A stretch of DNA of 62,784 nt, filler included, from an uncultured virus (IMG/VR IMGVR_UViG_2049941000_000092) (15 parts of one record of this genome joined end to end with filler, not necessarily neighbours in it); one strand, 5' to 3'; positions 26,201-40,678 are shown, counted from the first letter of the whole stretch. Notes: generated by a model not told the origin, from the letters alone. Made by a program: numbers and translations.

Positions 26201-29200
26201 GATTTCCACACAGTTACTACCGGCGGAAGTAATGCAGGAAGCAATTGCTGTAGACTTCTATAGTAACTTATTTGGAAGTAACTCTTTGGTTAAAAATGAC
26301 AAGAAGGCACAGAAAACCGAAATAACCGATACTTCTATTTGAATCCAGCCCATTGCGTATTCCGATAAACGGACTCATTATATTGTGGAATNNNNNNNNN
26401 NTGGTCGAGATGTTATTGGTATATCTGCAGTATCTTTAAAAGCGTTCTTTGCATTAACCACCTATAGCAATAATATAATTCTAAATGTGGTTAATCTTGC
26501 GAAACAATATCAAGCGGACTTAGTTACAAATGGTGCACATAATATAGAACTGGGTAATCAGATTGTGCGGGAATTACAGAAAANNNNNNNNNNNNNNNNN
26601 NATATGAAGCACAAGCATTGAACGTTATTGAAAGGTTCTCTGCAACATTGGGTTGAGGATTAAAACGAGGTGAAGGCGAGTCGGTACTCGATTACTTCTA
26701 TAGAGCTAGTGAAANNNNNNNNNNAAGGAATTTTCCGATACATATGGTAAAAACGCAAAGGCTGAGCTTCAACGTAGATTCGGAGATGTTGCTGATTTAT
26801 ACGTGTCTGACTATAATGTACTTGATAATAAGGAAGTTACTTTCAATATAACCCTTGCTAATCAATTAAAGACTAATTCTTCTCCAGAAGCCTTCAGACA
26901 AAGAATGCAACGTGAAAAACTTAAGTTCATTCGCGACTTGATGGAAATAGGTTTCACTCTTGATCCTAATACTAATCCAAGCTGAAGAGCAATATTTAGG
27001 GAAAAACAAAAAACACACGGTACGTGATTTGACCCGATTGACGGTTCAATGAAGTTATTTATTGCAAAACGAGATGGTAAAGAATTCGCTTTTGATTGAA
27101 CAGATCTAAACAATGTTGATTGAAGTAATACAGAATTTGAGCTCAATCCTATCTTAGAAGGATTCTTCTATGCTGATTCCTTCTTATCGGGTCAGTTTAA
27201 TGATTTATTATTTGGCGATGTGAACGGATATAAAGGAAAGCATGCTAAATTCAATCTATCAAGTTCTGATGACTTATTCCGTTTCTTAAGAGGAGAAGAT
27301 GTATCTGACGCTTTTAAGAGATATCTTGACGAAGACGAATCGTCAAGATTAACGGATATGTCAAAACGTACAGTTTCTGCTAATGCATCTAAAATTTATT
27401 TTGCACAGGGTACGAAGTATGGAATTTCGTCACACATGAAATTAATGGCGTTTGACGATATCCAGGCAAAGGTTTATAACTTTATTGGACATAAAGATAG
27501 CAAAGATGCTCAAGATGGTGGTGCGTTTTGTGATCCTAAATTTTCCAGACAACAGAACTTTTCCCTGCTAGACCGTAGAGTTGGTGATCAGAAGAAGAAA
27601 ACATTCGCTAACTGGTTAGATAGAGAAACTGGTACTGGTGGTGAACTTAAATTTGCCGAGTATGTATTAACAAACGAAATGCGTCGATTAGGATGCGAAG
27701 TTACTGATTTCTCGTTTGAAACGCTGTTCAAGATAATGAACGCCATTAAGAATAATAAAATCGGAGACATCGATTTTACAAAATATTATGGCAAATCTAA
27801 GCACTTTAATGAAGAGAACGAAAACGTAACCTTTATGGGAGACTTATTCAGATATAATCTGGATCTGTTGATGCATGAAAAACTTGTTAGAGTTGGCANN
27901 NNNNNNNNCTTTGGTGAAAAAGAAGTCACTCTGGAGCCAGTTAAAGAGCATAAGGAAATCACATATGCAAATGATGAAGATGTTTCCGACTTAACGGCAT
28001 ATTCTGTATATACCGAACACGGTGGACTACGAATGCAGTACGAAAGAATGGTTAACACCTTCAGACAAAATATTGTAGAAAGAACATTATTGAAAGATGG
28101 TAAACTGGTAGACCCAGAGTCTATTAGCACAAACCTTCATAATTATAAACTAGAATTACTAAAACATTTATACCAATATATCGAACCTGGTAAAGAGCTT
28201 CCTGTATTGGATAAGTCGAGCAGCTTTACTAGATTTGTGAAGCGTGTTCTTTATAGAGTTAATAAAAAGGCTTTATCAGATAATTCTGGAGAATNNNNNN
28301 NNNNGTTGCTACAACAGAAACTGGTAGTAATTTTGCACAATTACTTGATACATTTATTCAAAAGTCTACAGCTACTTCTGAAATTAAAATCGCGGCAAGA
28401 GCAATTAACGATAATATTTTCAAGAATCCTAATCTTGATGAGAATATTAAAAGAATTTTTGGAAACCAATTCATAACATCTGTAAGATATGCATATCTTG
28501 GCTATAGATTAGAATATGATCCGGATTCAATAGAAAAGGGACCAAATGCATTTCGTTTTGTGTCCGATTTATTGGAATCTAATCTAATTAATCGTCAGTT
28601 ATATAGCATCCAACGTATTATAAAGAACCGTGTATATCAGTTGAGAAATAATCCTCAATTATTACAGGATTTGATNNNNNNNNNNNNNNNNNNNNNNNNN
28701 NNNNNNNNNNNNNNNNNNNTTAATTAATTAANNNNNNNNNNNNNNNNNNNNNNNNNNNNNNNNNNNNNNNNNNNNTTGTTGCTATTGCTAACAGAGATTT
28801 GGCAAACGGTTCTTACAAAACCAGAATTCCGTTCAGTGCCAACACTATTAAGGGTTCGTTCCAATCTACAATTACGTCCTTCCTTAATAAAGATGCTATC
28901 AGAAGACGTTTTGCCGGACTTGGCGCAATTCAAACCCCTTCGTACGGTGGTGTACAGTACTTTATGTACAACGGAAAGCGTCTAAACTGAGTTGAATTCT
29001 GTAAGGCTGTTGGTGGTAGAAGAAATGCTATCGCCATGACCACAGATACATCATGAAACGGTCTATCATTTAATAATAGAGCGATTGTTCGTATCACTTC
29101 TCCTGAGAGCATTAAGTTAAACGATACAATTGTTTATCGCGATGCAACCGGAACACAGGTTGTAACTCTCGATGACCCTACCATACTATATGACTTTAAA

Positions 29201-32167
29201 TATAGAAATGTTCCAGGTCGAATACTCTATAATTGGACTGTAAAACCTAAAAACTTCTCCGGTAGTGAAATTCTATTCTCAGTTAATGGTAAACAATATA
29301 GTATCTACGATACAGACCTCGTTCGTATTATAGATGACATAAAGAATGTTGCCTCTGACATCAAAGTCGCAAGAAAGACTGGCNNNNNNNNNNAGTTTGG
29401 AACGACATATCAGGCGTTTCAAAAGAGATTGGGAATTGATTTGACAGAAAATCCCTATGTAAAATATACTCCCGAACAAGAGGGCGAACCGCTACGGTTA
29501 CTCGACGGCGAGATATTTAGAGATACGGATTTATTGGAGAAGATTTTCTTACTTGCCAAATGAAACGTTAACAACGAACTACTTCCAGCACTATCTAAAG
29601 CTAAGAGCGGCGAAAAGACAAAATTCAAGGTTCAGGATGCCTTTAGAAGTCAGGTTGTTCCAGATGAAAACGATGAGTTCGATATAAGTGTCGACGAGTT
29701 TCATCCACTTCAGGTCGGATTAGGTAAACTATCTGCACAGAAACTTGGATTACAAACAGGTGACACAATCAACGACGTCTTTGATTTAAAACAAGAATTC
29801 TTCAGACGTAGGATAAGAAGATTTGCTGAGAAGCCAAAAGAAATTGACCGCAATTTCTACGATGCTGTATTATATGAAGCTGATGGAACGCCAACATTAG
29901 TAATGTTTGGCGGACTCGATAGGAATTCAGAAAGAATTGACAATACTATCGATAGCGTGAGATTCAAAGTAAGGGGTGATAATTATTGGAAGAACGGTGT
30001 TGATTTTGGTACAACGATTGGCAAATATTTTAGANNNNNNNNNNAGGCTAATAAGAAATGAGAGGCTTTCAAGCTTCAGTTGCAAGTCATTATTGACCGT
30101 ATTCCTTCGCAGTCTATGCAATCTTTTACATCTGCTGATGTTGTAATGCTACTTGATACAGACGAAAATGCATTAGTCATGTCTGCATTCCTTGCTTGGT
30201 TACAAGGCTCTGACTTTGATATCGATAAGGGATTCATCATGACATATGAAATTTCCGACGATGGTAAAATTGTAACTCCTTCAAAATTAGACAGATACTA
30301 TGCTGCAACAGATATATTTGAACTCCCCCTTCCTAATAAGAAGAAATTTACATTTATATCTGAGGCTAATTTTGATAAATCTAAAGGTGGAGATTATACA
30401 TATATTGCCGTCACTGATATTCAGAGAAATCAAATTCCAATTAATGTCTTAAAAAGAATCTTATTGGGTGGAGAAACAGTTGTCTTCCAAGATGCTTTTG
30501 ATTCACCGGAGAATATTCCGATTAAGAACAGAATAATCGAGCGTATCAGATTGCATCAGGATAGTGTTAAATTACCGAGTGCCAAGAAAACGGCTGGATA
30601 TCGAAACAGAATTGTTTATAGAATTAATAAGATGCTTCGCGATCCTATTACGCAGGGTAACTTGAATCTTCCTGTCGATGAAGCCATGAATGAACTAAAG
30701 AATAACATTCCGGATCCTGAGTATATGTATGAACTATATAGAACGTGGGATAATCCTGCGACAAAATATNNNNNNNNNNATGCTAAGTTTATAAAAGATC
30801 CTTATTTAAGGTCCGGAATTGCAACTATTGCTAACCTACGGTTTACTGACTTAGCCAAAGTTGCGGTTAGTGAGCTACCAGAAATTGTATGTAACATATC
30901 GCTGGATACACCTCGATTAACAACATTAAAAGCATATAAAGCTGTTGATGAAAATAATAACGAAAAAGTTGATACAACAGGAACTACATTAAATTTCAGT
31001 CGTTTGATTAATGATTTAGACATTTATGCAAACGGAACGTACGCAAATCCAAAAGATGCTAATATGGTTCTTTCCGGATATACGTCTCTTGCAACCGATA
31101 ATGCTAAGGAGCTGAAGCTTGCAAAAATGAACGCGACATCTCAATTTGCAGACCTCCACACCTATATGACCATTACTGGTTCAAGACCAAAAGATGTAAT
31201 TTCCTTTATGGCATCTCCTGCATTCAATATTATTACTCGATATTCCGAACGTTCTGTTTTAGATCCGAATACATCTCGGTTTACAACAGAAAATGCACTT
31301 GATTTTGTATTAGACCGAAAAACACTGCCATACATAAATAACTATGTCTTTAAAAAGATTCTTAGTACATATGCAGAAGAACAGAATGATAGTGGTACAT
31401 CTGTATCCCTATTTAATAGGGCTTATACAAAAAATGGTGTTACTATTGATACCGGATTTAGTGATGAACAGTTATATTATATATATACTAACGCCAAACG
31501 TCACTCTAAATCTGGACTTGCTTCAACGAACTATCGAATCGAAGACATGACTGCAATACGTAGTGCAATTGAATCGTTACGTGACGAAAATTCTGACTGA
31601 ATTGTTGACGCCATTTACTCATTATTAAGAATTGATCCTACGGCAAACGACGTCTTACTGAGAATTCTTAAGACTGGTGTAGAAAAAACAGGCAGCGCTA
31701 ATGATAATTTGGGCGATCTTGATCCAGAATTACTTTACGAACAGCAGTTCTATGATGAAGAAGACGTATATGATGAACAAGACGCATTCTATGATACAGA
31801 TATGTTCTTTGAGATCGGAGAACTAAAGAAAGAAGATTGACTAACTGCATATAGATATGCAAAGAACTTCTTAATTCCTAAGAATAAAGCACTTGCACAG
31901 ATTGGATATGAAGCGGTTGCAGATAATCCTATATATATGCAGTACATGAGTCTAGAAAAAATCTTAAAGGCTACTAAAGAACAGCAGATGTTGGGTAGTA
32001 TTCTTGGTATTAACGGTGGTTTAGACACAGATGACTATTCCGAATATAAGAATATTCGAAAAGTTGAACGATTTGTAAACGATAAATACATAAAGTACTT
32101 AACTCAACATTCTAATGAACATTTTGAGCCGTTTGATTTCGTTAGATTCTTAGATAAAAACAACATC
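20204..32167 (+). CDS. Virion-packaged two-barrel RNA polymerase polyprotein (fragments)
   Basis: Catalytic WLQGSDFDIDK (DFDID at 30212-30226) preceded by DRIPSQSMQS, and DAQDGG near 27.5 kb. Matches the crAss-like virion RNAP; many gaps. Confidence 0.8.
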
Positions 32168-32267
32168 NNNNNNNNNNNNNNNNNNNNNNNNNNNNNNNNN
32201 NNNNNNNNNNNTTAATTAATTAANNNNNNNNNNNNNNNNNNNNNNNNNNNNNNNNNNNNNNNNNNNN

Positions 32268-34152
32268 CAAGATTTAGAAGCTATGGTATAAAAATTTCTA
32301 ATTGGAAAGATCAGTGTTTCTCACAAGTTGGATTACAAGTAAAATCATGAAATGATGATCTGACTAAGTGATTGGTTGATCACGACCAAGAGTTTGAAGA
32401 CAGCTTGTCAAAACAAAAACGAATGGCACGGGAAATATCTTTAATTAGAGGTATTGCCGACCTTGTTATTATCGACGATGACGGTATTGCTCATATAATT
32501 GATTTTAAAACTGCTGACGATGTTGGCAAGGATCCAAGTGAGTTTTTACGTAGACACCAGAGATATGTTGCACAGGTACAAACATACGCAGCTATACTGA
32601 AAAATTATGGTATAACTGTTGGAGAAAACTATCTTATTGTCTATGAAACTCACTATACAAATGAAACGGATAACGAAGCCGATAAATATAAGCACTTGCG
32701 ACTAGACGACATTACATTTCATTCAGATAATATAATCCGTGTTCCAAATTCAGGAATTGCTTCCGACCAGGTAACTAAATTCTTCTGAAAAGCGCCCGAA
32801 GCACAGGAATCTGTAATAACAGACGTTGCAAATATATTAAACGAGTCGTTCCCAGATACACCTATTGCTGCAAGATTACAATCTAAGGCACTGGATTATT
32901 CATATATGGTTGATTACGGTATTCATCCTGTTAAAGAAGGCTCAGACGCTTATAAAAAAGGATTTAGATTCTATTTCATAAGAAACCGTAGGCTTACAAA
33001 GAGCAAGCGAAACGAACCGGTTTTTGGTAAAACTAAATCTGAGTTAACTGTAGATAAGACACTAGAAAACGGAACTGTACAAATTGCACCATATAGACAG
33101 TATGTTAACGAGCTAAATGCATGACGTGCAAATAAGTTTAGACATTTTGCGGAAGACTTACAATATGCAATGTCTATTCACAATATGGACGATTTTGAAG
33201 CAACTGTTGACGCAATCGCACCACACAATCGCAAGACATTACTACATCATTTCAGAAGATATATTCTTGGAGGATGGAAGTTCAAAGCCAATGAGTTATA
33301 TAATACTAATGGAATATATTTGTTTGAAANNNNNNNNNNNNNNNNNNNNNNNNNNNNNNNNNNNNNNNNNNNNNNNNNNNNNNNNNNNNNNNNNNNNNNN
33401 NNNNNNNNNNNNNNNNNNNNNNNNNNNNNAATAGATATGAGAAGAACTGATAAAGACTTTACAAGAGAATCTTTGATTAAAATAATGCACAAATTGCAGG
33501 GTATAGAACCAGATATATTAGGTGATCTTAGAGATATCAAATCTTATGATTCTGACATTAAAAAGGCGTATGCGTATATTAATAAGGCCTTATTGTCTTT
33601 AGAAAAAATTAATATATTCCAAGAAAACNNNNNNNNNNTTTGGGTTCTATCATAAAAGGTATCAACTTAAGCGGTATTAATATGCGTAGTTTTAACGAAT
33701 CCAAGTCTGCATTAGCAAGGCAAATGGGTGACTTGATTATGCGATTTAATACGGGCGTGCGTTTAGAATTTGTTAAAGAACAATTTGAGTGGTCAAAACT
33801 AATCGATGCTGCTTATAAAGAAGAAGGATGGTCAGATGCTCGTGGCGACGATTGAACGTTTTTTGATTCATGGTTTGAAAAGAATCCAGATGGTACCGTA
33901 AGCGAAGCTTTCAGATTACTTAAACCGGAAGAATTTAAAAAGAATCATAAGCCCGCTACTATAAAAGCTTATGAACATTTCTTAGAAATAAATGGAAAAT
34001 ATCGTTGGCCAGATGTAAATGAAAGAGATGATATGCGCAATGAAGCTGTCTGGTATGAAGTTCCATTAATGGCCGCTGGATTCATAGAGCAACTAACAAA
34101 AGGCGAAACAGTAAAGGCGTTTCGTCATTCATGAGATAAGTTTAAAAACGAA
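32268..34152 (+). CDS. Giant virion protein fragment with PD-(D/E)XK nuclease-like domain
   Basis: RGIADLVIIDDDGIAHIIDFKT...YVAQVQTYAAIL (RecB/AddB-type motifs II, III and QxxxY). Confidence 0.65.
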
Positions 34153-34163
34153 ANNNNNNNNNN

Positions 34164-35713
34164 GGTTGCATTGAAAATGGAGAGAGAGCTTGTAGGCAAA
34201 CTTGTTCTAGCGGATAAACAACCTTTGGTTCCCGAGTTTATGTTAGGCGACGAACTCATTCGTGCCTTCAATCATGGTGATACTAAAGCACTTAATCCCA
34301 AAGAATGACGTGCTGTAAGAAATTATGTGAGTGATCTTCTTATATTAAAATGGTTTGAGCAGCAACCTGATTTAAAAATTAAGATTCCTATTGGTGCAAA
34401 ATACTATGAGGATGGAATTGGCCATATTAATAAAATTACACAGAACGCAAATGGTGAAACGGTAGCGGTCTTATCGGACAGCATGTCGTTATCAACACTT
34501 GATGGTTTGGCAACATTTAAGAATTTAATGGACAATTACATTATACCGGAATTGAAGAAACATTTTCCAGATAATGCATTCCTGAGTGATTTATTAATAG
34601 GTAATCTCCATAATAATACATTAGATAGGTTNNNNNNNNNNTATAGACTGTCATTTGATGTATCTGAAGCGTCTAAGAATAGTACGCTACAGTTAAAATA
34701 TGAAAATATTTCTAAGGCGTTCAACGAAGTATCCAAACAATATCTTCCTCCAGAAATGGAAGAAAAATATGGTAGATGAAAGATTGGTGACCTACTGTTC
34801 TTGTATAATCTATATGTACATAAAGATGGATTTACGTCGCAGGCTTTCACCAGACTATTTGAAGACTCCAATACTGCTTCTAATAAATTCTCGTTTAATA
34901 AGCAGTTCTATGAGTATCTATCCAAACTGGATTCCGGAGAAATTGATTATAAAGACTTGTTTAGAAAAGACTTAGGATATGATGCTGATCCAAAGCTAAA
35001 TACAGCAAACAATTTCTTAAATGACTTAAGAATAAGACTGGCTGATTTTGCTAATGCAAAATATTATTATAATATCGAACCTAGTGGAACAGGTAGTTCG
35101 TATAATTTAACAATTTACGATAGAAACGGTAATTCCATTCAGTCTCAAAAGATGAAGATCTTCGATCCTAAACTCGATCCTTCGGATTACACACTATGGT
35201 TCCCGTTCAGAATTCTGAATTCTCAGTTATTTAAGACTGTTGCTCGAAAAGAGCTGGGTCTGCAACAAGATCGTGTATTAAAGAGTGCCGAAGATAATGC
35301 TATATCAAGTATCGTTGTTAGAACCATTATTAATAGAATCAACGAATTGGCCACGATGGGTACCAATCGAGAATTGATACAAGTTATACGTGAGGAAGAT
35401 TTACTTCAAATGTATAAATCAGGAGAAGGTCCAGTTCGTTTTGCTGACGAAGAAGATTTTACAAGAACAGTAAATGCTCCAGCGTTCATTTACAATGGAA
35501 CAATTTACGTTAATTTACAGAAATCTTCTATCGACAAGCCGATACACGAATTCTTACACATAATTCTTGCGGGAGTNNNNNNNNNNAATGACGACATCTC
35601 AATTTGCACAAATATATATACCAAACGACGAAGTTGTAAGAAATATTAAACAAGCACTATTTAGTAAGCGAGATGAAAATAATAAACTTGAATATGGAGA
35701 CGGTTGTTTATAA
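34164..35713 (+). CDS. C-terminal part of giant virion protein with zincin motif
   Basis: AFIYNGTIYVN...PIHEFLHIIL (HExxH); last fragment ends ...GDGCL* at 35711-35713. Confidence 0.6.
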
Positions 35714-37106
35714 TGGGTTGTGATATTAAAATAACACTTGGTGGCGTAACATATCCTGCGCTCCACTCCGATGCTGAGGTTGATGCTTTCATTAGAGAGC
35801 ATCAATCTCAAATATCGGATGAATTAAAAAATGGTTTCAATAAGATATTTTCTTTAACGTCGAAAGATGAAACTATTTCTAAATTAAATAAAGCACGNNN
35901 NNNNNNNNNNNNNNNNNNNNNNNNNNNNNNNNNNNNNNNNNTTAATTAATTAANNNNNNNNNNNNNNNNNNNNNNNNNNNNNNNNNNNNNNNNNNNNATG
36001 CTATTTTTGGTATGGTTGCTTTCTCTGGACGAGAAATGATAGAATCTACAAAACGACACCAATGAACTGTTCTTGGGCTTCCTAGTAAATCTAGTGTTAC
36101 ATCTACTGCGCCAGATTTCCTTCATAGAATGGCAATTCTTGGAGGACATTTAAAGACTATTGGTGCATGAGATGCGTATTCTAAAGATGACGACGATCGT
36201 CTAGTATATGATATGCATAAAGATAACCAGTATAAAACCTGATTAAGATACAAAGATAATGAAACGTTCCCCACAATTGAAGAACGTATAAAATATCAAC
36301 GAGAAAAACAGCACTATTTAGAGGCTCTCGAATCATGGNNNNNNNNNNCTCAGTATGGTAACTACGATGATGAAACCAAGTCCTTAATTCAGAAACAAAC
36401 TCTTGGCTCATTATTCTTCCAATATAAGACTTATGGTCTTGCTCAGTTCCAATTGTGGTTCTCCAACCCAACTTGAACTAACGAGTTGACATATAAGAAT
36501 GTTTTAGATGACAATGGTCAACGAATGGTTGCTGTTCCTGCACAAACCGACGAAGAATATCAAACACATGGCGACTGGGTCTGAATGCCAGAAGATAAGG
36601 TGACTGAAGAAATGTGGAAATTAAATGGTACACATTACGTAAAGGTTCTCGGTGGTAATTATTTCATTGGTAAAGCACAAACGAGCTGAATTCTTGCAAC
36701 CCATCTATTTACGCTTAGTGGAGAAGAGTTTGCCGAATTATGAAAAAATAATCCTCAGTATAGAGTTAATCTCTATATATCAATGCTTGACCTACTAGAA
36801 TTCGCAATCATTGGTCTGTTACTTAGATTATTCTGGGGAACCGATGATACTCCTATTTATCATCAAGACTTCTTATCCAGATGAACTTACGGTGTTCTAC
36901 AAGGTGCGTCTACCGACGGTCCATTATTCCAAACAATCAGTGGCATTGTTGGAGATGGAACACCACCTGTCTTCGGAATGCTTAAGAATTACTATCGTAC
37001 ATTTATGGGCATTGTTAATGGAAATGAAAGTTTACTATATGGACTTACAAACACATTAGGAATGACTCGTGAATTATCTAACGCTTTTAGAAGCACAATA
37101 AAATAA
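35713..37106 (+). CDS. Last large virion protein: start (35713-35897) and C-terminal fragments (35998-37106)
   Basis: TAATG-coupled MGCDIKITLGG. The TGA-rich C-terminal frame with hydrophobic segments ends AFRSTIK* before the terminator. Confidence 0.5.
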
Positions 37107-37109
37107 AAA

Positions 37110-37148
37110 AATAAAGCCCCTATACCGAAATGGCATAGGGGCTTTATT
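37110..37148. terminator. Bidirectional terminator between convergent late and early modules
   Basis: AATAAAGCCCCTAT-ACCGAAATGGC-ATAGGGGCTTTATT with A/T-rich flanks; + and - strand genes both stop next to it. Confidence 0.85.
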
Positions 37149-37612
37149 ATTATGGTGTCGCAGCATTAGCTTGCGAATAGTAGGGTGTAATTGAAGGTGC
37201 GGTTGAAGGAACTATAGTTGGACTTGTTGGATTGATAATTAATTTGTCCGTTCAAGAACGATCTACAGTACCAATACCGTAACCTAAATTCTTAACAGAT
37301 TCAAGTATATCTGCAGCAACAATATCGTNNNNNNNNNNAATTCTTTCTAAAGGATATCAGAAATCCTGAAGAAGCTGCAATTAATGGTATCCTTGGTATC
37401 TTAAAAAGTATTACAGCTAATGTCGCATTAGGTTGAAATACCCGTGCTTTCTTCCGAGAAGTGTTAACTGGACAAAAGAAACACTTTAACAGATGGTTAG
37501 CCAATGCCGAAAATCACAATGCTTTTGTACAAGGTACTAAACGATTCTTTACTGAACCAGAATTCTTGGATTATTCTCCAAACAATATCTTCCTCCAGAA
37601 ATNNNNNNNNNN

Positions 37613-37740
37613 AATTCTTCCATCTCTTTTTCGGAAGCATGTTGCCCAAATTCACATGAAGGACGACTTATATAGAATACTATACCGTTACGTTCTTTTA
37701 TGGCATTATACTCTTCTTTAAATCTTAAATCAGAAATAAT
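37613..37740 (-). CDS. Deoxynucleotide monophosphate kinase fragment
   Basis: IISDLRFKEEYNAIKERNGIVFYISRP...HASE, typical of phage dNMP kinases. Confidence 0.6.
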
Positions 37741-37840
37741 NNNNNNNNNNNNNNNNNNNNNNNNNNNNNNNNNNNNNNNNNNNNTTAATTAATTAANNNN
37801 NNNNNNNNNNNNNNNNNNNNNNNNNNNNNNNNNNNNNNNN

Positions 37841-38564
37841 CATTCTGCCAGTTAGGAATTCCAGCAATAATATTCGCGAACATTGTATAACTACGAGCAT
37901 TCATTACGTGAGTATGTGTCCCATAGTCATCCATCAATTCATGATGATATGCAAGCATGAAATTAATAGTTCTATTATCGAGATGATTTGCTTCTGCCCA
38001 TTGTGCCCAAGATTCAATATCCCATTTAATCGTGAAATTTACTCTACGGGATCTTGCAGCTTCATCTTCATCATTCACATTATAGTCGCCGTTACTAGGA
38101 TTAGTAGTCAATATGATAGTGGTTTGAGGCGGGAGTTTGAATGACCAGAACTCTTGCTTGTACACTAATTCATAAACAGCCTGAATAATATTAGGCAGTG
38201 CTCTAGACAAATCATCTAGATTAAGAATGGTTGGTTTCGTAGGATCTATATCCCTGTACCATTTAGGTAATGCGTAAGACATTTGTGTCTCACCGGTTAG
38301 TTGGTATCCGGCTTTAATATAGCCGTCTATTAATTCTGGCGGAATCCATTTACAATCGGAGCCATCATCTTTACAAGCATAATGTAAACAAATAGGGTAT
38401 CCAGCTAAATCGCCAGTCTCAGTAATCTGAGCAAGATTTAACTTAACATAGTTTGCACCAAGTTCGTTTGCAATTTCTTCCACAATTGCAGATTTACCGT
38501 AACCTGCTTCAGACGTAAGATTAATGCTAACTCGAGGTTGACCACGTTTTTCTATCTCATCGTT
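37841..38564 (-). CDS. MoxR-like AAA+ ATPase (partial)
   Basis: SEAGYGKS Walker A, ILNLDDLSRA Walker B, ILTTNP sensor. Confidence 0.8.
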
Positions 38565-38574
38565 NNNNNNNNNN

Positions 38575-39547
38575 ATATCAGCCATACGACATTGCGTGTA
38601 TGTGGTAAAGCCAAACTCAAACAGCCATCAGTAAATACTACAAGAGTGGAATATTCAGGATGTTCTATATAATGTACGAATACATCTCTAGCATCGGTAC
38701 CACCTCTACCAGAAATAACAATATCATCCCTTGGACCTTTGAATACAAATTTATTCTGTATTTTAGTATCGAATTCCACTACATCTATTGCTACACCTGT
38801 TTTATACAAATGTAACAGCTCAGAGAAAAACTCTGTAAGTTCTTTATCAGATATTGACCCAGAAGTATCTATTGCTACTAGTACTTTAGATTTAAACTTT
38901 ACCACATTTCCTGGTTGGTCTGGAAATCTAAAGGAAGGTCTATATCTAGTAGATTTTATAAACGATTGAATCGTATTTCCTAAAACTCTTCTAAGATATC
39001 CTCTCCAGTTAAAGACAGGCTTTCTTTTGGCAAATAGATTTTCGACATAAGCCTTGAAGCATCCGGGTATATTACCGTGTGTCTTTTGGACTTGTTCGGC
39101 TGCATTTCTTGCAAGATAATCTACTTGATCTTCNNNNNNNNNNATAAGTTGTCTCTGTGCAGAATCATCACTATCAAACCCACCCCAAATATGATTATCT
39201 GGACTCGCCCAACCATCAGGAATACGTTCGTAATACCACTTTGTACCCTTTTCTGGTGGAAATCCACAAGTGGATGGTGTATATAGAAAAGGAGGGAGAT
39301 TCTTTATGTAGGAATTAACTTCTATATCTGCAGCGATATTAAATTTATCATGATCAGGAAAATCTCTTCCCATCCAAAGATGCTTAAATAAGATATGCAT
39401 CACCTCATGTTGCAGAATTGCAACACGTTGTGGATCAGTCAAGTCTTCCCAATATTCTGGATTTATACAGAGATCGACATTAATTCCATTTGAGATAACA
39501 CACGCTGTCTTACTGGCGTACTTATCAAATCGTTTTTCTAAAGACAT
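38575..39547 (-). CDS. Metallopeptidase-VWA protein (DUF2201-like)
   Basis: HEVMH zincin, NIAADIEVN, MIDAS DTSGS, GRGGTD, VFTDG. Confidence 0.85.
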
Positions 39548-39587
39548 TAAAAAATTAAATGGTACACATTACGTAANNNNNNNNNNA

Positions 39588-40267
39588 GTGGTGTACCACG
39601 AACTAACTGTTCTATCCTCAACAGTTAGCATAGTAATTAGCTCATCGCTTTTATAGTTAAGTAGCCACGATTTCGTTGTTGTAAGAGGCCAATCGCGCTG
39701 TTTAGAACATTCTTGTTGTACATCGTAAATCCATTGCGGAATTATACATGTAAGCTGATTGTCGAATTTATCCTTCGAATAATTACAGTATCTCGTAGAT
39801 TCGTTGAGAAATGAGAACTTACGATGTCGTAAAATTTCACGACAAATGCCAATACTGCAAATAAACTTTACCGTAACTCGACGATGATGATGTTCCGTGC
39901 ATTCCGATATGCACTCGAGATCAGATAACCAACCATTATCAACAAGAACGCGAAGATTTGTGGTAATATAATAGTTATCATCATCTTCTTCAACCCAGGA
40001 ATACGGATTACTGCTATATGGACACTTTGCTTCGTTCCATACATCTTCATAATCCGATTTCGGTATAGTTAAGTAGACAGTGCCGTGTTCCAAACATGCT
40101 CCGTGGTTTGCTTTAATTAAAGAATCAACCATTCTTTTAGCACTATCTTCGGTAATATTATTTTCAGACTTATAAGCCGTTCTTGCGGCCAATTCTATCT
40201 GTTTATATATGCCATCCAGTCCATCCGACTGTGGAATAATTACAGCACTACTATCTACAAACTTCAT
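39588..40267 (-). CDS. thyX: FAD-dependent thymidylate synthase (3' truncated)
   Basis: HGACLEH and RHRKFSFLNESTRY (RHRX7S) motifs. Confidence 0.9.
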
Positions 40268-40678
40268 TTGTTACAACTCCTCATGATTCTAATTTATAAT
40301 CCGGAGCCTCAAACATATTAGAAGCCAATTGTTGAGCTTGAAACTTGTCTGAGGCACTAACTACAATATCGTGATCAAATTGATATCCGTGATTTGACAA
40401 TAATTTGTAAATTTTAAACTTAAATTTATACATTACATTCTAGATATGATCAGTTTAATTCATGTTCTTCTATATAATCATCTAGTAATTCGCAAGCTTC
40501 ATAATAGCTTCCCGAACTAATTGAAATCTTAAACGGTTTTCCAACAATTTCAAAATTAAAAGTCTCCATAATAAGACTNNNNNNNNNNNNNNNNNNNNNN
40601 NNNNNNNNNNNNNNNNNNNNNNTTAATTAATTAANNNNNNNNNNNNNNNNNNNNNNNNNNNNNNNNNNNNNNNNNNNN

